A stretch of 64,000 nt of DNA from an uncultured delta proteobacterium (GCA_963816395.1 CAWFKQ010000007.1:32001-96000); one strand, 5' to 3'; shown: positions 9,901 to 20,230, numbered from the stretch's first letter. Notes: a model not told the origin generated them from the letters alone. Numbers and translations are program-made.

Positions 9901-10043
9901 CCATTTTCACTCTGCTGGTGACGCCGGTCTTTTACTTGCTGATCACCCGCCTGGCCGAGAAGCTTGGCCTGAAAACCGTGCCGCCCGGGGCGGGCTGGAT
10001 CGAAGAGCACCTGGAAGAGGGAGATAAAACGGAGGAGGCATGA
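6918..10043 (+). CDS. RND efflux permease (AcrB/AcrD/AcrF family)
   Basis: 1041 aa; IKRPV N-terminus, GLVIDDAIIMLENI, KNGILLVD, RFRPIVMT. Confidence 0.95.
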   Translation: MILSDASIKRPVLAWVISLLILLVGIASYLILPVRQYPDVTRPVVSVVTTYTGASPETVESTVTNPLEENLNAMEGIRAITSQSSFGVSSINVEFESSRDVDAATQDVTNAVSKAVDKLPDSPNVSRPVVAKVSASAQPIMWLVLQGKNYSIEQLSQIADLVVKRRVQVLSGVGNVIIGGEHKWAMRIWLDPHNLKAYNLAFDDVTETLSRNNVQLPAGQITSDTLFFNVVADAQVANPQGYEDMVIREVNGVPVRIRDVGWVQLGSESYDQLARFNGHPVVGVGIVPQTKANAIDISNAVHRALPQLRQALPIGVEMSVAVDNTDFIRDSIREALITLLIAFGLVILVVLVFLRTLRATLIPVLAVPVSIIGAFAGMWAMNFSVNVLTLFALVLAIGLVIDDAIIMLENIYRHMERGERRIPAAIHGAREIAFPVISTTITLIAIFIPLGFMRGDIGRLFSEFALTVPVAVGLSALVALTMTPMLCSRFLRLSSPDKGVLAFSERFFTRLRDGYEKTAAWSVRHRWTVSLFMILNLAAMAGLYTLLPQTFVPVEDQGFFLTIIKAPQGSNLWYTLHYLQQVEQDIDQIPAVQQYFSAVGIPVGGPASTRTGFVFARLKPFGRRDLSQMAVVQQLFGQFSRITGVLAFPINPPSLGEQATAQDVQFVVLGPDLDTLAKINEQLLEKARSTPGMINVQSDLTIETPQIDIDFRRERAADLGIPILDISRALEVGLGGAHVSDFIMNNKTYQVLAQIEPRYRAKPEQISDLYVRSAAGDLVPLSYLVAVKTGYGPDTIYHYNLQRSFTISASLQPSLPLSTALKEMQRYAAGLLPQRYDTALTGKSRDYVETSGEIFFTFGASLLFIYLVLAAQFESWAHPFTIMLSVPLALTGALGALLLTGNSLNLYSEIGIIMLIGLVTKNGILLVDYANRLRMQGMELAAAAVEAGKVRFRPIVMTSLTMIVGSLPLALATGAGAQSRQPLGWAVAGGLLFSTIFTLLVTPVFYLLITRLAEKLGLKTVPPGAGWIEEHLEEGDKTEEA

Positions 10044-10045
10044 GA

Positions 10046-10070
10046 AAGGGGCGGCTGCGGGCCGCCCCTT
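10046..10070. terminator. Hairpin, probable terminator between convergent operons
   Basis: aaggggcggc-tgcgg-gccgcccctt inverted repeat just after the RND stop. Confidence 0.6.
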
Positions 10071-10223
10071 GAGAGAATAGAGATAATAATCCGATTTCTG
10101 TTATTCCCCGCAGTTTTACCAGTGCTCTCTAGTGAGTGAAGCGGACGGGGTGATGAAAGGCATTTGCCGGTTTAGTTCTGCCCACATCCTGTTTACTGAG
10201 ACGAGGTGCCTAACCGGCTTCCT

Positions 10224-11303
10224 TTAAAAGAGCGTTCCCATTACGACCCCGAGGGCCGAGAGCGGTCCGGAATCGCTCATTCCGTCCACCGTTTTGTCCA
10301 CCTTGTGCAGGGTAGTCTTGGCGTCCCGGTAAAGATCGTCCTCGTTGACCAGGCGACCGAGAGTTCCCTTTCCGTCATCGATTTTGCCGGCAATGGAGTT
10401 GACGCGCGCCATTGTCCCGCGCACCTCCTCGTAGAGGGCCGGATCATTGACCAGCAGCCCCAGCGATCCGGTCCCGTTGTTGGCCTTGGCGGCGATCTCC
10501 CTGATCTGTCCGAGGATATCGGTGGTCTGGTTGTAGAGCTTGTCATCGGTGAACAATCGTCCCAGGGTCCCCTCCCCGGCCTGCAGGCGGTCGGAAATGT
10601 TCCGCAGGTTGGTGACGGTCAGCCGCGCCTCCTCATAGAGGGTGGGATCGTTGAGCAGCCGGCCAAAGGTCCCGTCGCTGCGTTTGAGCTGTTGCAGCAA
10701 TCCTTGCAGGCTGCTGACCGCCGCCGTCAGTTGTTCATAGAGGGTCGGGTCGTTGACCATCCGGCCAAGCATCCCCTCCCCGCGGTCGATTTTGCCGACG
10801 ATGCTTTCCAGCCGCAGCATGGAAGTGTTTATCGGTCCTTCGATCAGGTGGCCGAGTTCATTCAGGACCTTCTTCTGGTTGCGGTCGAAACTGGTGATCA
10901 ACTGATCAAGGCTGGCCCCCTCTTCACTTTTCACCTCCGCCCCGGGCGGCAGCGGCGCGCTCCCTTCGCTGCCGAAATCAAGACCCAGAAACTGCCCGCC
11001 AAGCAGATTGGTACGACGGAGCCGGGCCACTGCATCCTCCTTGATCCGGGTTCCCTTCTGGGCGTAGAAATCTACCCGAACCCGGCCATCCTCCAGCTCG
11101 ATGTTCCTGACCTTGCCCACATCGACCCCGGCCATGCGGACCGGGTCCCCGGTTTTCAGACCGATTGTGGATTCGAAAAAGGTGTGGTAATCGACTCTTT
11201 TTTCAAAGGGATTCCAGTCCTCGACAACCTCGATCAGCACTCCGAGGGCGAGGAGGGTCAGCAGAAAAAAGAGGCCGACTTTCTTTTCCGTGGAGATCGC
11301 CAT
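10224..11303 (-). CDS. mlaD: MCE/MlaD family protein with long helical repeat region
   Basis: N-terminal TM, GLKTGDPVRMAGVDVGKV MCE motif, five G.G.LG.L.ND repeats. Confidence 0.85.
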   Translation of the reverse strand: MAISTEKKVGLFFLLTLLALGVLIEVVEDWNPFEKRVDYHTFFESTIGLKTGDPVRMAGVDVGKVRNIELEDGRVRVDFYAQKGTRIKEDAVARLRRTNLLGGQFLGLDFGSEGSAPLPPGAEVKSEEGASLDQLITSFDRNQKKVLNELGHLIEGPINTSMLRLESIVGKIDRGEGMLGRMVNDPTLYEQLTAAVSSLQGLLQQLKRSDGTFGRLLNDPTLYEEARLTVTNLRNISDRLQAGEGTLGRLFTDDKLYNQTTDILGQIREIAAKANNGTGSLGLLVNDPALYEEVRGTMARVNSIAGKIDDGKGTLGRLVNEDDLYRDAKTTLHKVDKTVDGMSDSGPLSALGVVMGTLF

Positions 11304-11306
11304 GAT

Positions 11307-12179
11307 TTATCCTTCTCCCTTTATCCCCTTGGTGGTGGTGTAGATAAAATTACGCACCACCGGGTTCTGGCTGGCCTTGATCTGCGCCGGCGTGCCGACG
11401 GCAATGATCCCCTCGGGGGTCATCATTGCCACCCGGTCCGAAACGTAGAGGGCAAAGTTGAGATCGTGGCTGACGATAACTGTAGTCAGCTCCACCTTTT
11501 CCTTAAGGCTCATAATCACCCTGGCCAACTCGTCCGAGGTCACCGGGTCGAGTTCGGCGGTCGGCTCGTCGTAGAGGATCAGGTCAGGGTTCATGGCCAG
11601 GGAACGGGCGATCGCCACCCTCTTCTTCATCCCGCCGGAGAGCTCGGAGGTCATCAGCTCCTCCTTCCCATCCAGACCGACCAGGTGCAGTTTCTCCCGG
11701 ATGATGCGGCGGATGCGTACCTCCGGGCAGACCCGCTTCTCGCGCAGCCACAGGCCGACGTTTTCCCCCACGGTGAGGGAGTTGAACAGGGCCGAGGATT
11801 GGAAGACCATGCTGTAGCGGTAGTCGCGTTCGCCGGCCTGGCGCGGCTCGTGGATGTTGCGCCCATCGATCAGGATGCAGCCGCGGTCGGGCTTCTCCAG
11901 CTTGACGATATGTTTGAGCAGCACGCTTTTACCGGTCCCTGAAGGACCTATGATGGAGAAGGTTTCGCCGGGGAGAATCTCCAGGCTGATTCCCTTGAGC
12001 ACCGGTTGTCCATTGAAGGACTTCTCCAAACGTTCGATGCGGATGCCGACGCCCCGCGACTCCTCGTAATTGGCCAGACACTCGGAGCCGTCGAAGATCG
12101 AAGCGGTGAAGCCGTGCGTCAGCTTGCTCAGAAGGCCTCCCGGCCGGCAGCCGCGGCTGTTTTTGCTGAAAAATCCCAT
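11307..12179 (-). CDS. mlaF: ABC transporter ATPase, MlaF/Mkl family
   Basis: GPSGTGKS, VFQSSALF, LSGGMKKRV, LYDEPT. Confidence 0.9.
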   Translation of the reverse strand: MGFFSKNSRGCRPGGLLSKLTHGFTASIFDGSECLANYEESRGVGIRIERLEKSFNGQPVLKGISLEILPGETFSIIGPSGTGKSVLLKHIVKLEKPDRGCILIDGRNIHEPRQAGERDYRYSMVFQSSALFNSLTVGENVGLWLREKRVCPEVRIRRIIREKLHLVGLDGKEELMTSELSGGMKKRVAIARSLAMNPDLILYDEPTAELDPVTSDELARVIMSLKEKVELTTVIVSHDLNFALYVSDRVAMMTPEGIIAVGTPAQIKASQNPVVRNFIYTTTKGIKGEG

Positions 12180-12187
12180 TCTCCCCC

Positions 12188-12955
12188 CTACAGCATGAGC
12201 CGGGTCAGAAAATAGTCGGCGACAAAAATCAGCAGGAAGGCCATGACCACTGCCCGGGTGGTGGAAGAGCCGATCCCGCGGGCGCCGCCGGAGGTCTTGA
12301 AACCGACGTAGCAGCCGACCTGGGCAACAATTCCGCCGAAAATGAACGCCTTGAGCAGCCCCTTGAGGATCTCCCGGTAATTGAGCGCCCGGGTCAGGCT
12401 GTCGAAATAGACGCCGTAGGGCACCATGATTTCCGGGTTGACATGGCTCACCAGGGCACCACCGAGAATGCCGACGATCACCGCGAAAACCACCAGGGCC
12501 GGCACCACGCAGAGGCAGGCGAGCAGCCGGGGCATGGCCAGATAGCGCACCGGATTGATCTCCAGGGTCTTGAGGGCGTCAATCTCCTCATAGACTTCCA
12601 TCGCCCCAACCTCGGCGGCCATGGCCGAACCGACCCGTCCTGCCACCAGCAGGCAGGTCATCACCGGCCCCAGTTCCTTGGCCATGGAAAGGCCGACAAT
12701 GGCGCCAATGGCCTCCTGACTGCCGTAGAGGGCGAGCTGAGTGCCGGTCTGCAGGGCCAGCACCATACCGACGAACAGGGCGGTAAGCAGGGCAATGGGC
12801 AGGGTGCCGATCCCTATCTCGTACATCTGCCGAAAGATCGACGGCAGATTGCGGGGCGCTTCCTTGAAGTAGTAGATGGTTTCCACCAGCAGGGCCAGCA
12901 TTTCGCCAGCGGTCTGGGAAATACCCAGGATTTTCTTTCCTATGGCTTCAATCAT
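12188..12955 (-). CDS. mlaE: ABC permease, MlaE family
   Basis: KELGPV...AGRVGSAMAAEVGAM...EEIDAL; GGARGIG.STTRAVV. Confidence 0.9.
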   Translation of the reverse strand: MIEAIGKKILGISQTAGEMLALLVETIYYFKEAPRNLPSIFRQMYEIGIGTLPIALLTALFVGMVLALQTGTQLALYGSQEAIGAIVGLSMAKELGPVMTCLLVAGRVGSAMAAEVGAMEVYEEIDALKTLEINPVRYLAMPRLLACLCVVPALVVFAVIVGILGGALVSHVNPEIMVPYGVYFDSLTRALNYREILKGLLKAFIFGGIVAQVGCYVGFKTSGGARGIGSSTTRAVVMAFLLIFVADYFLTRLML

Positions 12956-14422
12956 CACCATCCCCACGGACCGGCGCCGGAGTTTGCCCCCAACTGATTC
13001 CCCATGGCAGGAACAGAAAACTAAGGGTCTGGCGTCCCCCATCGCTGCGGTAACGAACCAGCCCCTTCAGCCAATCGGAAATCCTTCTTCCGCTCCCTCG
13101 TGCCGGTAAAAAAACAGGGGAAACAGCTCCACCGCGAGATCCGGCCCGCGCCGCTCTTTCCAGTAGAGATTCCACAACAGAGAGGAGATCTCATTGCCCC
13201 GGCGGTCGCTCTTCACCTGGTACACGTGCCACAGCGGCGCCCAGTTGCGCTGGATCCCGGCATTGTCCGGGAAAAAAGGCTCGAGCAGGGAGAGAGTACT
13301 GAAGCGGGTTACCCCGTTCTCCTCCTCATAAGTAAAAAGGGGCCACAGCGCCACCCGTTTCTTCCTTTTCCCCTCCAGCTTTCTTTCTTCGTGGAGACGG
13401 GAAAAAAGGAAAAAGAGAACGCGATCGCGACGGCGGTCGATCATCTCCGTGTGCAGCTCTTCGATCTTGTAGACCGGCCAGAGAAACCAGCGCTTGCGAT
13501 AACCGCCGTTGCGCTCATCGGCGTAGAGCGGGAGGAGCCTCTCCCCCTGCCGTCCGCTGCCGCGGGTAACCCGCAGCAGCGGCCAGGGGAAATTCCATTC
13601 CTCGTAATTCTTCTGCCGGTTCCGGACATGGCTGAAGAAAGGCCAGAGGTAGGTCCGGGAGGAAAACTGCGGCGACTCCCGGGAAACGTACAGAGGAAAG
13701 GCCGCCCGCCGATGTTCTGGATTCGCGGTATTCAGACGGAGGTCGTCGCGGAAAAACACCGGCCAGAGATAGAAACGCTTGCGATAGACCCCTTCCTTCC
13801 GGCTGGCCCCGAACAGCGGCCAGAATTTCACACCCGTTTCCTTATCTCCCCGGGTGCGGGAGAAGACAGGCCAAAGTACATTGGTGACGGTCGTTCCCTG
13901 CTTGCGGGTTCGGCCGTAGAGGGGGAAAAGCGCGAAATTGATCTCGTCCCGACCGAATTTTTCGTAGATGTTCCCGCCGAGCGGGAACAGAGCGAAATAG
14001 CGGCCCCGCTCGGTTTTGCCGGAGAAGACCAGCGGAAAAAGCATGAATTCACTGCCGCTGCCGGTTTCCCCCTGGTCGGAATCGGACTGCAGCAGGTGCA
14101 GCCCCTGGTAGCTGGAGGACCCTTCCGACCACTGGCGGGATCCGACAGGATAGAGAAGGTCACTGGTGCCGGCCCCTTCCTCGCCGTCCCAGGCCCGGAA
14201 ATACAAAGGCCGCAGGCCGAATTCGCGTTCGGTTCCTTTCCGCTCGTATTTGACGAGGGGTCCCAGGAAATGGATGCTGGTATAATCGGCAACCGGTGAA
14301 CGGCGGTAATCAAGCAGCGGCCAGAGGGTGAAAACAGTCCCCTTTTCTCCCCAGGCGCCGGCGGGCAGCAAAAGCAGGACCAATAGGGCAATCAGAGAAA
14401 TATTCCGTTTCCGGCACATCAT
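12948..14422 (-). CDS. Exported hypothetical protein with repeated (W/F)P(L/F/V)(F/Y) beta-strand motifs; probable frameshift near 13080
   Basis: Signal peptide; more than 15 WPL/FPL-type repeats; C-terminus appears to continue in ORF 12948..13175. Confidence 0.65.
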
Positions 14423-14513
14423 GGAATCGCAGCGAGAGGGTCTTCATGAACTTCGGATTTTATCAGGGCGGAGGATGAAAAACAATGAGAAACGGCCTGG
14501 ATGTCCGCGTCTC

Positions 14514-15055
14514 TCAGGGGGAACCGAAAAGGCGGCGATGTTCCTTCATGATGCAGTGATCCATGACCACCTTCAGCCCGCCCTGGCGGGCGATCCGCAT
14601 TGCCTCGGGGCTGATCACCCCCTCCTGCAGCCACAACGCCCGGGCGCCGCGGGAGACCGCTTCCCGGGCGATCGCCGGGGCCTCCGCTGGCATCCCGAAG
14701 AAATCAACCAGATCAGGGGTCTCCGGCAAATCGGCAAGAGAGGAAAAGGTCTTCAGGCCGAGGATCGCCGGAATGCTGGGGATTGACCGGAAACACCGTA
14801 TAGCCCGCCTGCAGCAGGTAAGCCACTACCTGATGCGCGGGCCGAGCCGAATCGGCCGACGCTCCCACCACGGCAATGGTTCGGCTCTGCCTCAGGATCG
14901 AGCGCAGTGCCTCGTCCCCGGCCAGCGGGTCGGGAACCGCCGGCAGATTGGCCGGCCGGGCAGCGTCGGGAACGGTTTACCAGCGCCATGATGCCGTAAA
15001 TCACTGCCCCTGTGAGGGCAATGAGGAGCAGGTCGCCAAAAGTCCAGCCGGCCAT
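14514..15055 (-). CDS. CoA-binding domain protein (YccU-like) with N-terminal TM; frameshifted
   Basis: IAVVGAS...PVNP and ALWLQEGV...VVMDHC fragments in different frames. Confidence 0.7.
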
Positions 15056-16023
15056 CAGATCTCTCTTCCTTCCAGGATATGCTCCTTGCCTTCCAGCGCC
15101 GGAGCGAACTCCGGATCGATCTGCAGGGCTTTTTCGAATGCCTCGAAAGCGCCACCCGGGTCCCCTGTCCTGCCCCGGCACAGGCCGAGCAGGTAAAAGA
15201 ATTCCGGGGTCGGGCACTCGGCCGGCAAGGTACCGTCCTCCTCCAGTCGTTCCAGGATCCGGAGAGCCTCCGGGAAATCGCCCCCGCCGCAGGCAGCCAG
15301 GGCACTGCCAACCGCTTCCAGGTCGTCGACCAGGGGGTGCGCGGGAACTTCTCCCCGGTCGATCCTTTCAATCTTCGCCGCCAGCGAGCGGCGGACCGGA
15401 CCGTCTTCCAGCCGGGCGATCACCCCGCTCCAGCGGCGGGCCGCCGCCGGATAGTCGCCGAAGAAGAAATCAATCTGGCCGAGATGGTTGAGACTGGCCA
15501 GGTCAGCGGGATGGAGTTTCAGCGCCCGCTGCAGCCAGCCCATGGCCTGCAGCAGGTAATGCCGGCAGTTGCCAAGTTCGCTGAAGGTCAGGGCAAGTTC
15601 GTAGGCGGAGACCCCCAACTGCCGCCACAGGCCAGGATTGGCCGGCTCCAGCAGGGCCAGAATTTTCATGCCGGTGATCTTGCGGCGTACATAGAAGGGA
15701 TCGACTTCCTTGTATTCAAGCATGGCGATCTGGGCGCCCAGATCGGCAAGAAAGTGCGGGAAGGCATCACGCAGCAGTTCGGCATAAAGTACGTTATGCC
15801 GGCAGTCGGGAAACTGCCGCAGGTAGTCGTAGACGCCGCGGCCAATGGCATCGGTGGAGGGTTCACCGCCCTGCAGGTCTTCCTGGTGGACCGGCAGGGG
15901 GACGGGGGGGAGAGGCACATGGCGCCGCTCCGCACCGACTTCCACGTGCCGGCCGGCGGGCGGCGTCCAGAACCGGTAACCGCCGTTTGCGGCGACTTCT
16001 GTCTGCTGCTTTTCCAACATCAT
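15055..16023 (-). CDS. Tetratricopeptide repeat protein
   Basis: TPR patterns (ALKLHP...LNHLG; FEKALQIDP). Confidence 0.75.
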   Translation of the reverse strand: MMLEKQQTEVAANGGYRFWTPPAGRHVEVGAERRHVPLPPVPLPVHQEDLQGGEPSTDAIGRGVYDYLRQFPDCRHNVLYAELLRDAFPHFLADLGAQIAMLEYKEVDPFYVRRKITGMKILALLEPANPGLWRQLGVSAYELALTFSELGNCRHYLLQAMGWLQRALKLHPADLASLNHLGQIDFFFGDYPAAARRWSGVIARLEDGPVRRSLAAKIERIDRGEVPAHPLVDDLEAVGSALAACGGGDFPEALRILERLEEDGTLPAECPTPEFFYLLGLCRGRTGDPGGAFEAFEKALQIDPEFAPALEGKEHILEGREI

Positions 16024-16078
16024 GAAGGGTCCCTTCGTTTGCTAACAGGCCGTTTGAGTTATTAAGCCTAAAAATTTT

Positions 16079-16238
16079 AACGCGGAGACGCAGAGACGCG
16101 GAGAGATTAACCTAAGGCACTGAAAAGATTATCATAACGCAAAGACGCAAAGCTGAGAACCAAGGCGCAGAGAAAATCCATAAATTTTCATTTTTTTATC
16201 CTTTGCGGCTTTCTTTTCCCTTTGCGCCTTTGCGTTTA
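16079..16238. repeat. Intergenic palindromic (REP-like) element built from CGCAAAG/CGCGGAG units
   Basis: aacgcaaagacgcaaag (16136-16152) pairs with ctttgcgcctttgcgtt (16220-16236). Confidence 0.7.
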
Positions 16239-16295
16239 ATCCTTGTTTTTCATCGGCTTCGGGTGTGCCGAAGGTAATCCTTGGCGGGGTTAGCG

Positions 16296-17126
16296 TCAGA
16301 ACCGCCGTCCGGGAAAGGTATCCACTCCGGCATGGACACCGGGAACCTTGTAAATGCGCACCCCGTCCCAAGGGCGCCCCAGGATGCCGTCGTGAATGGC
16401 CCAGCTGCGTCCGCGGACGCTGTCCTCCTGGCCGGGGCAGCGGAAGGGCGAGGAGCCATTCAGCCGCCGGGTGAGAACGCCGCGGGGGCGAAATTCCCTA
16501 TCGATCCAGAGCATGAGCTGTTTGCCGGTGATGTAATCAAAACCGTATTTCTCATAGCGCACCGCATTGTCATACGAGAGCGGTTCGGCAACGATGGTGC
16601 TGACCCCCAGGGAGGCGACCAGCGCCTCGAAGCGTCGAAAGAAATCGGAGAACAGGTGCATCCCCGGCCGAACCTGGTGGGGTGCCAGACCGGCCGCCAT
16701 GGCCCGCCGCTCCTCCGGCAGATTCCGCCGCAGGGTGCCGAAGCAGTTGTCCCGGCCTTCGGCGTCCAGGTCGACATCGAAACGGGGTGCCGCCGGATCG
16801 TTGATGATGCAGAAGGAGAGCTCGATCTGCCCGAAGGGGGTATCGGCCAGCTCGACGAAGAAAATGCAGTCCCGGTCGGTCGGCTGCAGCCGAATCTCGA
16901 TGCGCAGCAGGCGGAGTCCGGGCGGCGCGATGAAGCGGACTTTGCGCTCCCCGTCGCTACCGCGAAAAGTCTGCCGGTCGATGCCGAAGCGGTCGAAGAG
17001 AGCCCCGGGGATGAGGGCGCCGTAGATCTTTTCCATCTCCTCCCGCGGCAGTTGGTTGATGTCGGACAGGGAAAAGAGGGGAAAGCCATCCGGACCCAGC
17101 AGGGGTGGAGCCCCCGGGCGGATCAT
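16296..17126 (-). CDS. Hypothetical protein, possible GNAT-fold acetyltransferase partner of AcuC
   Basis: QVRPGMHL and NAVRYEKYGF resemble GNAT motifs A/B; overlaps the acuC stop. Confidence 0.55.
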   Translation of the reverse strand: MIRPGAPPLLGPDGFPLFSLSDINQLPREEMEKIYGALIPGALFDRFGIDRQTFRGSDGERKVRFIAPPGLRLLRIEIRLQPTDRDCIFFVELADTPFGQIELSFCIINDPAAPRFDVDLDAEGRDNCFGTLRRNLPEERRAMAAGLAPHQVRPGMHLFSDFFRRFEALVASLGVSTIVAEPLSYDNAVRYEKYGFDYITGKQLMLWIDREFRPRGVLTRRLNGSSPFRCPGQEDSVRGRSWAIHDGILGRPWDGVRIYKVPGVHAGVDTFPGRRF

Positions 17127-18272
17127 GGCCGTCCTCCCGGCACCAGCCCGTGCATCGGCAGAAGCCGCCGCTCAAGGCTCGCCAGGGTGAGGTCGAGGGC
17201 AGCCTGGGCGCGGGCGAAATCATCGGGGTGGGCCAGCCGGGGAGAGTCCCGCAAAAGCCTGACCGGCCGCCCGAGAGCCCGCGCCGTCTCGACAAAGCCG
17301 GCGGGAAGCAGGTCGGGGACCGCCTGCTGCAGGGCGGCCGCCCAGATCAGGGTCCAGGCGCGAGCGACATTGATCTTGTCGTAGCCGCCGCCGCCCAGGG
17401 CAACCCAGGGGATCCCGCTCTGCAGAAAGGCGCGGGCGGCGAATTCGAGGGCGCTGGTGGTCAGCTCCAGGCGGGTCAGGGGATCGGTACGCAGGGCGTC
17501 CACCCCGAGTTGCGTGACCAGCACGTCGGGGCGGAAGACCTGCAGCAGCGGCAGCACGATCCGCCGGAAAGCCTGCTCGAAAATCAGGTCGTCGGAATGC
17601 GGCGCGAAGGGCACGTTTACCGCATAGCCGTAACCTTTTCCCCGCCCCATCTCCCGGGTGAAACCGGTTTGGGGAAAGAAATCCTTCCCCGACTCGTGCA
17701 GAGAGATGGTGAGCACCCGGTCGGTATCGTAGAACGCCTCCTGCACCCCATCCCCATGGTGGGCGTCGATGTCCACATAGGCAACCCGCAGTCCGCGTCC
17801 CACCAGTTCCTGGATGGCGATCACCGCATCATTGAGGTAGCTGAACCCGGAAGCACGGGCGGCGTGGGCATGATGCCAGCCGCCTGCCATGTTGAAAGCC
17901 ATCCGGTATCCCTCATCCACTACCAGCCGTACCGCCTCCAGGGTCCCGCCGCAGACCAGCCGGGACCAATCGTAGAGTCCGGGGAAAACCGGATTTTCGA
18001 CGTCGCCGAGGCCATAAAGGAAGTTGGCCCGGCCAACCGCATCCTGGCTGAATTCCCGCAGTGTATCGAGATAGTCCTGCCGGTGGAAGGAAGAGAGCGC
18101 GGCTTCCGGCGCGTAATGGGCAGTCAACCACCCGGACTGGGGGAGAAAGCAGGCCGAGTTCCCGCACCAGCTCGAAGGTCAGGCGGTAGCGCTGGACCTT
18201 GAAGGGATGCTCCGTGCCGTACGAATATTCGCTGAAGCGAGGTGAATAGATGAGGGCGAAAAGGGGGGTCAT
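17123..18272 (-). CDS. acuC: Zn-dependent deacetylase, AcuC/histone deacetylase family; frameshift near 18120
   Basis: EHPFK, GGWHHA, SGFSYLND, DIDAHHGDGV, GVD...DPL, GGGGY. Confidence 0.9.
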
Positions 18273-19950
18273 GGCAGCGGCGATTTCCGCCTCGGCTGCC
18301 GGCCTGGCGGGAGTCATCCCGGCCCCGGTATCTTCCGGCATAAGGGTCCCCTCCCCCTTCCGCACCTCCGCCCGCGGCTCGCCGACGAACCGGATCGGCA
18401 GGCGGATCTGGAAGACCGTACCCACCCCCGGTTCGCTCTCCACCTCGATCCGGCCGCCGTGGTTTTCGATGATGCCGTAGGACACGGAGAGACCCAGGCC
18501 GGTGCCCTGATGCCCCTTGGTGGAGAAGAAGGGGTCGAAGATTTTCTCGAGGTTTTCCGGGGGGATGCCGCAGCCGGTATCGCCGATCCAGATGAAGACC
18601 TCCTCGGTTTGCGGGTCGACCCCGGTCTGGATGGTCAGTTTTCCCCCTTCCGGCATCGCCTGGCTGGCGTTGACCAGGATATTGAGAAAAACCTGCTGGA
18701 TCTGGGCGGAATCCATGGGGATCGCCGGAATTTGCGGATCATAGAGGCGGGTGATCTGGATATTGTGAAAATAGGCCTGGTTTTCCACCAGGGCCAGGCT
18801 GAAATCCATGACCCGGTTCACCGAACCCGGCGTCTTGTCCGGCAGCGACTCGCGGGAGAAATTGAGCAGCTCGCGAACGATATTGCTGCAGCGGTGGGTT
18901 TCCCGAACGATAATGGCGAGATCCCCCTGCAGGCCCGGATCGAGACGGGTGTCGCGAGCCAGCAGGGAGGCGTACATCAGAATTCCGGTCAGGGGGTTGT
19001 TGATCTCATGGGCGATGCCGGCCACCAGTTCCCCCAGGGAGGCGAGTTTCTCCGCCCGGATCAGCTCCGATTGTATCTCCTTGATCTTCCGGGTCCTCTC
19101 CGCCACCTTTGGATTCCAGGGTGCCGGTCCATGCCTCCAATTCTTCTCGTGCCTTCTGCAATTTGGCAGTCATGTCGTTGAAGGCTTCGGCCAATTCCCC
19201 GATCTCGTCGTGGGTGGGTGTTTCGATCCGGGTCCATTCTCCCCTGGCGAGCGCCCGGGTATGGCGCAGGAGCATCTTCACCGGTCGATGCACCAGCGCC
19301 TTGGTCTGCAGCGAGAGGCAGAGGCAGATGGTGAACAGGAGGATAAACGTCTCCAGAATCAGATCGTTGCGATAATTGTGCAGGGCGGTGCGCATATCCG
19401 CCAGGGAAACGCTGACGTCGAGAATGCCCAGCAATTTGGTACCGGCGGGATGGAAGTGGCAGGCGGCGCTGGCGCAGATCTCCTGATTATAGATCGCCTT
19501 CACCATACCCAGCACTTCCTCGCCGGCATCGTTGGAAAACAGACGGCTGCGGTTCATGGATGTGGCATGGGTCAGGGTGGCCTTGTCGGTGTGGCACATC
19601 TTGCAGGCACTGTCCGTTTCCTTGTTGAGAACCAGGCCGGACTCCTGCCGACGGGTGGAGAAGATGATTTCCCCATCTTTGTTGATCAGGCGGATCAATT
19701 CGATCCCCCGCTGGCTGCCGACCTCTTCGATCATCCGGTAGACCCGGTTGCGATCGTCTTCCAGCATCTGGTAATGAGTGGTGCGGATGATGGTTTCGCT
19801 CAGATTGTCGACTTCGGCGATAGACTTTTCCAGAATCACCTGCTTCAGGGTACGCAGATTGAAGAAAGCGAAACCCTGCATCGCCAGCAACAGGGTCAGG
19901 CTGGTGACCAGGATCAGCTTGGTGATGAGGTTCGGGCGAAAGGCTCGCAA
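18269..19950 (-). CDS. Sensor histidine kinase with periplasmic heme-c motifs and HAMP domain; frameshift near 19106
   Basis: TM-CKMCH...CASAACH-TM-HAMP; H-box AHEINNPL, N, DTGCGI, FFSTK, GTGLGL; 3' end uncertain. Confidence 0.85.
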
Positions 19951-20054
19951 GGGGGGCCTCCGGCAGCGGGTGTTCCGGCCGAAGTGCCGGTAAGGACTCT
20001 ACTTTAACAGAGCCGGAGGTGGTCGGCAAGGGATCGCAGAAAAGGTAGTGAAAT

Positions 20055-20102
20055 AGAAAGGGCGGAGTTGCCTCCGCCCTTTCTGCCACCCCTCGGGGTG
20101 GC
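20055..20102. terminator. Double hairpin terminator downstream of tRNA-Glu
   Basis: agaaagggcggag/ctccgccctttct and tgccacccc/ggggtggca inverted repeats. Confidence 0.6.
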
Positions 20103-20108
20103 ATGAAT

Positions 20109-20184
<76 letters not shown>

Positions 20185-20230
20185 CTTGCTATCGTGAACG
20201 GAACGGCCAGGCGGCCATTCCGTTGAAAAC

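Noticed and set aside
7809..11942. Long opposite-strand ORFs (733 aa, 578 aa and similar elsewhere)
   Set aside because: Shadow ORFs antisense to clear genes in high-GC DNA, with no recognisable motifs
17913..19106. Apparent histidine kinase-deacetylase fusion ORF
   Set aside because: An ATGA start/stop overlap at 18269-18272 and the high indel rate indicate two separate genes joined by an error
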